This document shows positions 36,187 to 44,941 of a DNA stretch of 47,351 bases, piece by piece. The DNA is taken from assembly GCA_022763165.1 (NCBI GenBank), contig JALEGO010000161.1, positions 1-47,351 on the forward strand. Reading direction: 5' to 3'. Position 1 is the first letter of the stretch. Each line of letters opens with the position of its first letter. Source of the DNA: Flavobacteriales bacterium. Lineage in GTDB: Bacteria; Bacteroidota; Bacteroidia; Flavobacteriales_G; JALEGO01. A program made the translations under genes and the position numbers. Under the pieces are notes generated by a model. The model was not told the DNA's origin and did not search any database. It was given only the letters and a program-made list of their open reading frames with translations.

Positions 36187-37448
36187 TGAAACGAGTCACA
36201 CATATTATTCCGGCCAGGTTTCAGGCTTATGTAGACCAAGGGCTAATCAGTGGAGTAAGCTTCTTGCTAACCATTATCCTGGCTCGGTTACTGGGTGTAG
36301 AAGGTTTCGGTGTTTTCTCCTTTATTTATTTAGTCCTATTATTTATGAGCAGTATTCATCAGGCGCTCATAATAAAACCCATGATGACCTCATTCGATGA
36401 ACAAGGAGAAGACTATGAACTTGAGTTAAAATTCATGAATTCGATAGTAGTTTCAGTTCTGGCTATAGTTTCAGTAATCTTTTTATTGTTAACAAGCCAA
36501 TTAAGTGATGATTACAACTTATCAGTAATCGACTGCTTGAGTGCAGGAGCTTTTATTTTCAGTTTCTTACAATTTGATTTTACCAGGAAGTTATCCTACA
36601 CAAAGGATCAAATAAATTTGGCCTTACCTAAGAGTTTATTATTCGTTTTAATGTTGCCTTTGACTCTTGGCCTTTCATATTTATTCCTTGAACCTAATAT
36701 CACAAATGTTCTTTGTTCAATAGCTGTCGCTTATTTATTGAAAGCTGGAATAAAACTCAGAAAGCTAAGTGTTGCCACCAAAGTATTCAGCCACCATTGG
36801 CAAGAAGGAAAATGGCTTTTAGCTACTTCAATTCTTCAATGGACCTCAGGAAATTACTATTTGGTTATGGCTGCAGGTGTTTTAGGCCCGGCAGCCTTAG
36901 GTGTATTTAGAATCGTTCAAAGTCTCGTAGGTTTATTAAATGTATTGATGCTCATTTTGGAAAATGTCTTGCCTCGTCAACTCTCAAAAGTTGAGAATTC
37001 TTTCTCATTTTTAGAATTGACCCAGTTGGTTTGGGGCAAAATTAAGGGGCCTTTTCTTTTGCTTTCTGGTGCAGTGTTTGTGCTTTCTATTGGCGCTGAA
37101 ACCCTTATGAATGTTGTATATGGTGAAAACTATGATCAGTCGAACACCTTGATTCTACCACTGGCATTGATGTATTTCCTGGTCTTTGCCGGCACTGTAT
37201 TTGCCATTATCTCCAGAGTGATAAAGACAACTAAATATACCTTTTTGATTTACATATTAAATACCGTTTTGGCATTAGTCCTTGCGCGTCCATTGGTTAA
37301 TTCATTTGGCCTACTTGGCGTGATTATTGGCCTTTATACTTCCCAAATTTTGTGCATACTTATCTATGCTATCACTACTTATAAAGCTCTTCAGAATCAA
37401 GCTGTCAATACACAAATAAAAACTGAGCCTGGGCTCATAAAAAAATGA
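36183..37448 (+). CDS. wzx: Wzx-type oligosaccharide flippase (polysaccharide biosynthesis protein, MOP superfamily)
   Basis: 421 aa and about 12 predicted hydrophobic helices. The position between wzc and the GT/wzy genes fits. ATGA overlaps at both ends. Confidence 0.65.
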   Translation: MMKRVTHIIPARFQAYVDQGLISGVSFLLTIILARLLGVEGFGVFSFIYLVLLFMSSIHQALIIKPMMTSFDEQGEDYELELKFMNSIVVSVLAIVSVIFLLLTSQLSDDYNLSVIDCLSAGAFIFSFLQFDFTRKLSYTKDQINLALPKSLLFVLMLPLTLGLSYLFLEPNITNVLCSIAVAYLLKAGIKLRKLSVATKVFSHHWQEGKWLLATSILQWTSGNYYLVMAAGVLGPAALGVFRIVQSLVGLLNVLMLILENVLPRQLSKVENSFSFLELTQLVWGKIKGPFLLLSGAVFVLSIGAETLMNVVYGENYDQSNTLILPLALMYFLVFAGTVFAIISRVIKTTKYTFLIYILNTVLALVLARPLVNSFGLLGVIIGLYTSQILCILIYAITTYKALQNQAVNTQIKTEPGLIKK

Positions 37449-38560
37449 ATAAAATGAAAATTATACACATCGTATTAGGAAAAGCCAACCCAAATAGAAT
37501 GAATGGAGTCAACAAAGTAGTAAACAGTTTGATTTCAAATCAAAAAACATTGGGTTATGATGCTGAACTTTGGGGCATTACGCATAACCTAGAAATGAAT
37601 TTTCCAAAAAGAAATTATACCACAAGATTATTCCCTGCTACTCGCAATAAATTTAGAATCTCAAAAGAATTAAAAAGTGCCCTGCTTGACTTGAAGTCTG
37701 AAGTTTCTGTTCATTTGCACGGTGGATTTATAATTGAGAATTACCATATTGCTAAAATATTGAATCGTCTAGGAATTCATTACATATATACTCCACACGG
37801 GGCGTATAACAAAGTGGCGCTGCAAAAAAGTAAATGGCTCAAGAAGGTTTATTTCAAATTCATTGAGTCATTTGTAGCAGAAAAAGCGGGCAAAATTCAT
37901 TTTATTGGCGAAAGTGAAAAATTGCACGCCCAAAATCTACTGAAGAATGATAAACTATCTCTGATACCGAATGGTCAGGCTTTGAGTAATGTCTTTAGAA
38001 TCAAAAATAAAGAGGAAAAGACCACATTTGGTTTCTGTGGACGAATTGATATTCACACCAAGGGTTTGGATAAAGTATTGACAGCCTTGCAAGAATTGAA
38101 ATCCAAAGAAAAATTCCAGTTCTGGATTATTGGTGATGGTGGAGAAATGGACAAATTGAAGCAGCTGGTCGTTGAAATGGCCCTTGAGGATATTGTAGTC
38201 TTTAAAGGTGCACTTTTTGGTGAAGATAAAATGAAAGTACTTGGACTGCTTGATGCTTTTGTTTTAGCGTCAAGAAACGAAGGGTTGCCGGGCGCAGTAT
38301 TGGAAGCTGCTTCTTTAGGGGTTCCAGCAATTGTAAGTCAAGAAACCAATATGGGTACTTATATTTCTAATTTCAGATCTGGTTTCGTTCTGAAGGAGAA
38401 TACTGTAACAGAACTGGTTCATAAAATGCAGAAAATGATCATGCTGAAAAATTCAGAAGGCATGAAACAACTTGAGGCCAATGCTTTGCATATGGTGAAA
38501 ATGCAGTTCTCATGGCTAGATATTGCTGAAAAGACAGTAAGGATGTATCGTGCTGCTTAA
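37445..38560 (+). CDS. glycosyltransferase family 4 (GT-B fold)
   Basis: N-terminus KIIHIVLGKANPNRMNGVNKVV and C-terminal E-x7-E region SRNEGLPGAVLEAASLGVPAIVS. Confidence 0.8.
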   Translation: MNKMKIIHIVLGKANPNRMNGVNKVVNSLISNQKTLGYDAELWGITHNLEMNFPKRNYTTRLFPATRNKFRISKELKSALLDLKSEVSVHLHGGFIIENYHIAKILNRLGIHYIYTPHGAYNKVALQKSKWLKKVYFKFIESFVAEKAGKIHFIGESEKLHAQNLLKNDKLSLIPNGQALSNVFRIKNKEEKTTFGFCGRIDIHTKGLDKVLTALQELKSKEKFQFWIIGDGGEMDKLKQLVVEMALEDIVVFKGALFGEDKMKVLGLLDAFVLASRNEGLPGAVLEAASLGVPAIVSQETNMGTYISNFRSGFVLKENTVTELVHKMQKMIMLKNSEGMKQLEANALHMVKMQFSWLDIAEKTVRMYRAA

Positions 38561-38581
38561 ATATTCAATTTTATCATTCTC

Positions 38582-39865
38582 ATGAGGAATTTCTCAAATA
38601 AAAAGTACACGAACAAGGTTCTATTGTTGCTTTTGATGGTTCTGTTTTTCAAAATTCTTGGCTATTTCACTTTGTCAGAGAATATTGTGATTACGAGGCT
38701 TTTGAAGGTTGGTATGAGAGTGGGGATGACTGGTTGTGTGATATTATTATACAGGAATATGGTCAGCAAAGGCTGGGTGCCGACATTTCAGTATCGAAAT
38801 ATGTTGGCCGTATTTTTGTATTGTGGCTATTTGGGTTTAGGTCTATTATCCTTACTATGGTCTACAAATAAAGGGTACTCTGCTTTACAATGGGTGATGA
38901 ACTTCGAGAGTTTCATTTTTGCTCTTTATTTCATTCAAGCAGCTTTGTTGATCAAAAAATACGGTGAAATTGTTTTTAGGTTTTCTAAAGTATTTATGTA
39001 TTCCGTTTTTATGGTGTTATTGATTTTTGTTGTTGGTGTATTTGTGGATCCTGATACTTTCTACAGACTAACACATGGAGGTGAAGAAGCCAGACTAGGT
39101 GGGTATATGATGAACCCAAATGAACTAGGTATGTTAGCGGTGGCTGGAATTGGTGCTTGGATGATGGAATTTCGGGAAGAGCATGGTAAACGCAGGCTTT
39201 GGCTGTTGCTTCCATTTGGAGTTATGTTTTATGCTTTAATATTAACAGGCTCAAGATCGTCCATGATCGGATTTCTATTAATCGTATTCTATCTTATTAA
39301 CCAATCTAAAAAGAGAGGTTTGAAAATTGCCATCTATGTTGGAATGTTTTTTTCAGTGCCTGTCATTGTCCAGACTATATTCATCAAACAAGGGGACTTG
39401 CAAGAAGTACTGAGTATGACTGGAAGATTGCCTTTTTGGACAGCTTTGCTCACAGAAGGGCTGCCTAAAGAACCAATGTTCGGTTTTGGCTACATGAGAA
39501 TTGCTTATGGTGAGTCCTTTCAAAGTCTTAATACTTATGCCGGTAAAATGACGCACAATACCTTTATCCAGGTCCTAATGAATCTCGGTATTGTTGGTTT
39601 TTTCACTGTAGTCCTTCAAATGGCAGCTACAATTAGAGGTTTTAAAAAAATGAAAGATAGAATACGCAAGACTTTCTTCTTTGCCTTATTTATTCCAATT
39701 ACGATCAACTCCTTTACTGAGTTCGGTATATTTGGAGAAGCCAATTTTGGAATTCTGTTCTATCAATTGCTCATTTTTTGGGTGGTGATTTATTATAATG
39801 ATAAGCTTAGTCTTAAGCAAAGAGCCCAATTGAGATTTTATAAAGGATCAAGACAGGTCATTTAA
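38582..39865 (+). CDS. wzy: Wzy-type O-antigen/EPS polymerase (O-antigen ligase-like membrane protein)
   Basis: 427 aa and polytopic (about 10-12 helices). Central loop with ILTGSRSSMIGFLL and the periplasmic-loop pattern typical of the Wzy_C family. Confidence 0.6.
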   Translation: MRNFSNKKYTNKVLLLLLMVLFFKILGYFTLSENIVITRLLKVGMRVGMTGCVILLYRNMVSKGWVPTFQYRNMLAVFLYCGYLGLGLLSLLWSTNKGYSALQWVMNFESFIFALYFIQAALLIKKYGEIVFRFSKVFMYSVFMVLLIFVVGVFVDPDTFYRLTHGGEEARLGGYMMNPNELGMLAVAGIGAWMMEFREEHGKRRLWLLLPFGVMFYALILTGSRSSMIGFLLIVFYLINQSKKRGLKIAIYVGMFFSVPVIVQTIFIKQGDLQEVLSMTGRLPFWTALLTEGLPKEPMFGFGYMRIAYGESFQSLNTYAGKMTHNTFIQVLMNLGIVGFFTVVLQMAATIRGFKKMKDRIRKTFFFALFIPITINSFTEFGIFGEANFGILFYQLLIFWVVIYYNDKLSLKQRAQLRFYKGSRQVI

Positions 39866-39900
39866 ACACGAGATATTTAATCAAATTAGGTCTGCGTTTT

Positions 39901-39934
39901 TTCTCAAAATGAGAAAAGAATCTTATTCATAGAG
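39901..39934 (+). promoter_or_regulatory. composite operator/UAS copy 4: TTCTCAAAATGAGAA plus extension
   Basis: One mismatch to the palindrome. The extension AAGAATCTTATTCATAGAG is itself an imperfect dyad (TCTTAT..ATAGA). A further CTCAACTGAGAA dyad lies at 39940-39951. Confidence 0.6.
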
Positions 39935-39987
39935 AAACCCTCAACTGAGAATTTCCTAACCACTTGTTTTACAAGACGTTATAATCT

Positions 39988-40003
39988 TGGCGTCCTTTTC
40001 GCT
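39988..40003 (+). promoter_or_regulatory. candidate sigma54 promoter for the three-domain kinase gene
   Basis: TGGCGTCCTTTTCGCT: TGGC..N..CGCT with GG and GC at canonical spacing. The GG lies exactly 88 nt from the palindrome start, the same as copy 3. The ATG at 40025 is 22 nt downstream. Confidence 0.45.
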
Positions 40004-40024
40004 TTATTAGAGACAAATGAATAA

Positions 40025-42673
40025 ATGATGAAAGCGAAAGTTCAAAGCACAGATGTAGAAATATTACTAAAAGCCTATTTTCCAAAAGATATTCAACTTT
40101 TCATTTTTGATCCATCACAAATAATGGATTGGAATGACGGAGCTTTTAAAGATTATAATAATTGCTCCTTCGAAGCACCTAAAGTATTGGTGAACTTTGG
40201 TAGAAGAACTGCTTATTGTAACGGATATAATTTGAATGAGTTTGATTACATTTTGGACTTTGGAAAATGTAGAAAAAATCAACTGAGAAAAACAAGCTTC
40301 AACAGTTTGAATAATCCGGACGGCTCTCTAAGGTGGCTGTTTCCAAAGTCTTTGAAGAGACCTACATTCTTATCGCTTTATAATTCAGACAGTTTAAAAG
40401 CAAAAATATTGTGTCTTTTGCTTCCAATTTTATATGTTCTTGGACTTAAATCACTCTTTTCGCATCGATCCATTCATATATATCACAGATTTCCGTTAAA
40501 GATTCATCAAGCATTCAAAGGAATTCATTTTGAAAACCATTCCTTATTTACAGGCACTCCAGGGCCCAATAGGAAATTAGTTTTTGAACTCAATAATCAT
40601 TTTAAGACAACTCATTTTATCAAAGTTCCATTAAATAGAGATTCATTGAACTTGATTCAAAGAGAAAAGAGAATGTTGCGCAAGTTGAAATCACTTGATT
40701 TAAAACATGTTGAAATACCAAAACTATTACAATTAGAAGAGGAGAATATTCAGGTTATAGAAAATAATCAAAATACCTCAAAAGTTAGCGGAAATTGGAC
40801 CAAGGCACATACGGATTTTTTAGCTGAGGTTTATGAAAAGTCTACGGTATTGGACAAGGTTGAATACAGCTTTTTCTATGAAATTATTCAAACGAATCTG
40901 CTGAACCTAGAACGAAACGGAACGAAGTTGGATAAACTGAAAAGCCTGATACCTCAATTGCGAGAACTATTTGATCAATTACCTAAATATAAGCAAGTGC
41001 CTTTGGGGATTGCCCATAAGGATTTTACGCCCTGGAATATTTTGAATACTCCCAATGGCCTTTATGTATATGATTGGGAATTTGGTTCTTCTCAAACACC
41101 CTTGTTGTTTGATTTCTTCCATTTCCATTTCCAATCTGAAATTATGCAGGGGAATAAAGATTTCCATTCCATCAAATCCAAGATGGATCAGGAACTAAAT
41201 CAAGCTGAAATACAGAATTTGATTGAAAAACATGACATAGATGTAGCGCTACATTTAGAATTATATATGTTATACCAAATAGGCTATTACGGTGTGTTGT
41301 ACAGCCGACAAATAGAATGTCATGAACAGGTATTCTGGCAACTCGAAGTTTGGTCACAAGCTCTTGAAGAATTAATTAAAGGAAAAGTACCCAATCAAAA
41401 ACAACAGTTCATTTATGAATTGTGCAATGCTGTTCACGATACCAGATATGCCTGGTTGAAGCATGCCGGGATATCAATTCACAACTTTCCTGAAAATTCA
41501 GATATTGATTTGGCAGTATTGCTTGAAGATGGTGAAGGGATCATAAGATTATGTGAGAACAGTCCTTACGTACAGCGAGTATTGGTGAGTAGAAAATCTT
41601 ATATGAAAAAGGTGGAACTCTTTTTTAAAGAGGGCAGCTATCTCAGCCTAGACTTGATTCATGAGTTCAAAAGAAAATCACAAAGGATGATGGATATCAA
41701 ACCTTTATTGAGATCCGTTACTAGAAATGAAGAGGGTATACTGATTCCTGATGTGAGGTTTGACATGGAGTATATGATGTGCTTTTATAATTTGAATAAT
41801 GCCCATATTCCAAGTAAATACTGTCATTGGTTTGGAAGACAGTCATTTTCAGATAAAGAACGAACGAACAATTATTTAATGTCTAAATACAGACTGAATT
41901 TGAAAGAGTTAAATCAGATTTTGTCTGGAGAAAGTAAAGGTTCTTTGAACAGTCTTCGGATGAATTTAGATTGGAAAGAACGATTCAGCGGATATATCAA
42001 CTATGCAGCAGATACGATCAAAAGTATCTGGAAATCGGAGGGTATGTTAATTACGTTTTCTGGAGTAGATGGAGCAGGAAAAAGCACTGTTTTGGAAAAT
42101 TTGAAGGAGAAATTGCAAAGCAAATACAGAAAAGAAGTGGTAGTATTGCGACACCGACCTTCAATTTTACCTATTCTAAGTGCTTGGAAATACGGAAAAG
42201 ATAAGGCGGAAAAAATGGCAGTTTCAACATTGCCGAGAACGGGGAATAACAATAGCTTATTATCATCAGTCCTTAGATATACTTATTATCTAGCGGATTA
42301 TATCATAGGACAGTGGGCAGTAAGGTTCAAATATTTATCCAGAGGTAAAATTGTCTTGTACGATCGCTACTATTTCGATTTTATTGTGGATGGAAAAAGA
42401 AGCAATTTGGATTTACCCAATTGGTTTACAAAAATGGCTTATCGATTTATTGATAAACCAAAACTCAACTTCTTTTTATACGCCAAACCTCAGGTTATTT
42501 TAGAACGAAAGCAGGAATTGGACGAGCAGTCAATAATTCATCTGACAAGCAAGTATCAAAACTTGTTTCTAGACTTATCAAAAAAGGAAGATGCAACTTA
42601 TATCAGTATTGAAAATGTAGACTTGAACCGAACATTGAACAAGCTGGAAAGGCAGTACGCTGAAGCGGCATAA
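40025..42673 (+). CDS. three-domain fusion: APH/choline-kinase-like phosphotransferase + nucleotidyltransferase-like domain + thymidylate-kinase-like P-loop kinase
   Basis: The APH catalytic loop HKDFTPWN (nt 41015-41038) followed by VYDWEF matches the HxDxxxxN...D(W/F)E signature. The middle region has SDIDLAVLLEDGEG (about 41498-41518) and LSLDLIHEF, like uncharacterised NTase-fold domains (DIDLLV...lDlH). The C-terminus has ITFSGVDGAGKST (P-loop, nt 42062-42088), LYDRYYFD and a lid-like region, as in dTMP-kinase-family proteins. Confidence 0.6.
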   Translation: MMKAKVQSTDVEILLKAYFPKDIQLFIFDPSQIMDWNDGAFKDYNNCSFEAPKVLVNFGRRTAYCNGYNLNEFDYILDFGKCRKNQLRKTSFNSLNNPDGSLRWLFPKSLKRPTFLSLYNSDSLKAKILCLLLPILYVLGLKSLFSHRSIHIYHRFPLKIHQAFKGIHFENHSLFTGTPGPNRKLVFELNNHFKTTHFIKVPLNRDSLNLIQREKRMLRKLKSLDLKHVEIPKLLQLEEENIQVIENNQNTSKVSGNWTKAHTDFLAEVYEKSTVLDKVEYSFFYEIIQTNLLNLERNGTKLDKLKSLIPQLRELFDQLPKYKQVPLGIAHKDFTPWNILNTPNGLYVYDWEFGSSQTPLLFDFFHFHFQSEIMQGNKDFHSIKSKMDQELNQAEIQNLIEKHDIDVALHLELYMLYQIGYYGVLYSRQIECHEQVFWQLEVWSQALEELIKGKVPNQKQQFIYELCNAVHDTRYAWLKHAGISIHNFPENSDIDLAVLLEDGEGIIRLCENSPYVQRVLVSRKSYMKKVELFFKEGSYLSLDLIHEFKRKSQRMMDIKPLLRSVTRNEEGILIPDVRFDMEYMMCFYNLNNAHIPSKYCHWFGRQSFSDKERTNNYLMSKYRLNLKELNQILSGESKGSLNSLRMNLDWKERFSGYINYAADTIKSIWKSEGMLITFSGVDGAGKSTVLENLKEKLQSKYRKEVVVLRHRPSILPILSAWKYGKDKAEKMAVSTLPRTGNNNSLLSSVLRYTYYLADYIIGQWAVRFKYLSRGKIVLYDRYYFDFIVDGKRSNLDLPNWFTKMAYRFIDKPKLNFFLYAKPQVILERKQELDEQSIIHLTSKYQNLFLDLSKKEDATYISIENVDLNRTLNKLERQYAEAA

Positions 42674-42692
42674 TACATAATACAAGAGAATC

Positions 42693-43409
42693 ATGAAAAA
42701 AATAATAGAAAAGATCATTAGGTTTCGTAATCCCAATTTTGAATTCGATTCAAATGTTTCGATGGGGATGGTTTTATCTCTTGTATTTGATAAAGGAATA
42801 GGCATCTTCCGAGGGATATTAAAAAAACCATTCTTGAATGAATTAGGAAAGTTGACAGTATTCGGAAAGTCTGTCAAAATAATATGCGGACCCAAAATCA
42901 GTATTGGCGACTATGTGAAAATTGGTTCCTATTGCAAACTTAGTGGGTTGGGAATAGAAGGATTAAGCATTGGAGATGCTTCAGGGATAGGAGATCACAG
43001 CCAAATTGTAGTATCCACTTCTCTTGATAACCTAGGGGAAGGCATTCGAATAGGTAACAATGTGGGAATAGGTGAATTTGCCTATTTAGGAGGTGCTGGA
43101 GGACTAGAAATTGGAGATGAATGCATTATTGGACAATACTTTAGTTGCCACCCTGAGAATCATAATTTTCATGATGTTTCCAAATCTATCCGTTGGCAAG
43201 GAACCACCCGTAAAGGGATAAAAATAGGTCGGAACTGCTGGATCGGATCCAAGGTGACGATCTTAGATGATGTGACGATTGGAGACAATTGTGTGATTGC
43301 GGCAGGTGCCGTGGTAACCAAGAGCATGCCAGCCAATTCTGTGATCGGAGGAGTCCCAGCTAAAGTGCTTAAATCTATTGTGGATCCTTTAGCACTTAAG
43401 GCAGCATGA
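42693..43409 (+). CDS. hexapeptide-repeat (left-handed beta-helix) O-acetyltransferase
   Basis: Repeated [LIV]G-x4 hexapeptides: IGDYVKIGSYCKL, IGNNVGIGEFAYL, IGRNCWIGSKVTILDDVTIGDNCVIAAGAVV, then VIGGVPAKVLK. Confidence 0.8.
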   Translation: MKKIIEKIIRFRNPNFEFDSNVSMGMVLSLVFDKGIGIFRGILKKPFLNELGKLTVFGKSVKIICGPKISIGDYVKIGSYCKLSGLGIEGLSIGDASGIGDHSQIVVSTSLDNLGEGIRIGNNVGIGEFAYLGGAGGLEIGDECIIGQYFSCHPENHNFHDVSKSIRWQGTTRKGIKIGRNCWIGSKVTILDDVTIGDNCVIAAGAVVTKSMPANSVIGGVPAKVLKSIVDPLALKAA

Positions 43410-43433
43410 GACTCCGTTTTGACTTTTTTAAAT

Positions 43434-43467
43434 TTCTCAATTTGAGAAAGCAATCTTAAAAATGGAA
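43434..43467 (+). promoter_or_regulatory. composite operator/UAS copy 5: TTCTCAATTTGAGAA plus extension
   Basis: Perfect palindrome with centre T. Extension AGCAATCTTAAAAATGGAA. Confidence 0.55.
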
Positions 43468-43521
43468 TAATCTTTAAAGCTGAAAGACCACAAGGATCAA
43501 TAAATCAATTACTTGCGGAAA

Positions 43522-43537
43522 AGGCACGCTTATTTCA
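43522..43537 (+). promoter_or_regulatory. sigma54-like element (good -24, atypical -12 TTTC)
   Basis: AGGCACGCTTATTTCA. GGCACG is perfect, but the -12 reads TTTC instead of TTGC. The GG lies 89 nt from the palindrome start. It is only about 12 nt before the ATG at 43549, so the leader would be very short. Confidence 0.3.
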
Positions 43538-43548
43538 ATAGAGCAATT

Positions 43549-44814
43549 ATGAAGACAATACTAGCAACAACATATGCTGTGAATCCTTACAAGGGTTCAG
43601 AAGACGGCATGGGATGGAACTTTATCTTGCAAATAGCCAAAGAGCACAAGGTAATTGCTATAACCAGGGAGAATAATAAAGAAGCCATTGAAAAATATCA
43701 GCGAGAAAACGCTGACTGTAGATATCAAAATATACAATTCGAATATTTTGATTTGCCCTACTGGATGCGATTTTGGAAAAGGGGTCAGAGAGGGGCTATG
43801 CTGTATTTTTATCTATGGCAGTTTTTCTTACCTATAATGGTAATTAAAAGAAAACTACATTTCGATGTCGCACATAATGTGAACTTTCATAATGATTGGA
43901 CAGCCTCCTTTTTATGGCTGTTAGGTAAACCTTTTGTTTGGGGACCAACAGGTCATCACCCTAAAATACCAAAAACATACTTGAAAGAAGCAACCAGAAA
44001 AGAACGACTCAAGGAACAAATAACTTGGATTTTAAAGAAAATGTTTTGGTCACTCGATCCATTTTTGAAAATCACAAAGTGGAAAGCAAAGCACATTTTC
44101 TGCATGAATTCTGAAGTCGAACAAGTACTTGGATTGAAGGAAAACTGGAGTATTCTTCCTTCTGTAGCATGTGAGCAAGGGTCAGTTCTAAGTTCAAAAA
44201 ACAAAGGGAAATTCACAGTGCTTTCAGTAGGCCGGTTTGTGCCACTTAAAGGGTTTGATGTGACCATAAAGTCATTTGCGCAATTGATCAAAGACAATGC
44301 TATTGACGATGCGGAATTGGTTCTTGTAGGGAAGGGTCCTATGAAGAAGCGTTTGCAGGCGATTATTGATCAGGAGGGCATAAAAGATAAAGTTCGATTA
44401 ATAGATTGGATTGAAAGAGATCAATTGAAGGCGCTTTACACAGTGTCGGATGTGTTTCTGTTTCCTTCCCACGAAGGCGCAGGAATGGTGGTAGCGGAGG
44501 CAATGAGTTATGGATTGCCAGTGCTTTGTTTTGACAACTCGGGACCTGGTGAGTTTATTTCAGTACAAAGTGGTATAAAAGTTCCTTATTCGAACTATGA
44601 TGAGTCCATCTATAAGTTTGCAGCTGCGCTGGAGCTGCTTTATCGGGATATCAATTACAGAGATACCCTTGCTTACAACGCGCAGAGAGAATATGCAGAA
44701 AGACTCACCTGGGATCATAAAGGTGAAATCTTGGCCAAAGTATATGATCGTGTCTTACAGTCACAAAAACCAGTCACTACAATGTCTCCTAAATTAAGTC
44801 AGTCATTGCGTTAG
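43549..44814 (+). CDS. glycosyltransferase family 4 (GT-B fold)
   Basis: The ORF-track start at 43513 is TTG. The ATG at 43549 gives MKTILATTYAVNPYKGSEDGMGWN. The E-x7-E region is SHEGAGMVVAEAMSYGLPVLCFDNSGPGEFI. Confidence 0.8.
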   Translation: MKTILATTYAVNPYKGSEDGMGWNFILQIAKEHKVIAITRENNKEAIEKYQRENADCRYQNIQFEYFDLPYWMRFWKRGQRGAMLYFYLWQFFLPIMVIKRKLHFDVAHNVNFHNDWTASFLWLLGKPFVWGPTGHHPKIPKTYLKEATRKERLKEQITWILKKMFWSLDPFLKITKWKAKHIFCMNSEVEQVLGLKENWSILPSVACEQGSVLSSKNKGKFTVLSVGRFVPLKGFDVTIKSFAQLIKDNAIDDAELVLVGKGPMKKRLQAIIDQEGIKDKVRLIDWIERDQLKALYTVSDVFLFPSHEGAGMVVAEAMSYGLPVLCFDNSGPGEFISVQSGIKVPYSNYDESIYKFAAALELLYRDINYRDTLAYNAQREYAERLTWDHKGEILAKVYDRVLQSQKPVTTMSPKLSQSLR

Positions 44815-44831
44815 GGATAGCAGCAGCAATC

Positions 44832-44846
44832 ATTTCAATTTGAGTA
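44832..44846 (+). promoter_or_regulatory. degenerate copy of the palindrome (ATTTCAATTTGAGTA)
   Basis: Three mismatches to TTCTCAATTTGAGAA. A second dyad, TCAAATTGA, lies at 44850-44858. A GGAAC-N5-AAAC element begins 87 nt downstream (44919). Weak. Confidence 0.25.
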
Positions 44847-44941
44847 AGATCAAATTGAAGAATTGTCACGAATAGCCCGACCCCAATCTGAGTTGATCTG
44901 AAAACTTGGTAGATTGGGGGAACGCCCAAAACAAGAATAAA

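Noticed and set aside
42578-42895. 105-aa minus-strand ORF spanning the 40025-42673 / 42693-43409 junction
   Set aside because: It overlaps the ends of two well-supported plus-strand genes, and its translation looks like noise.
43169-43453. 94-aa minus-strand ORF overlapping the acetyltransferase 3' end and the palindrome
   Set aside because: It is antisense to clear hexapeptide-repeat coding sequence. Its 5' part covers the conserved operator, which is better explained as regulatory DNA.
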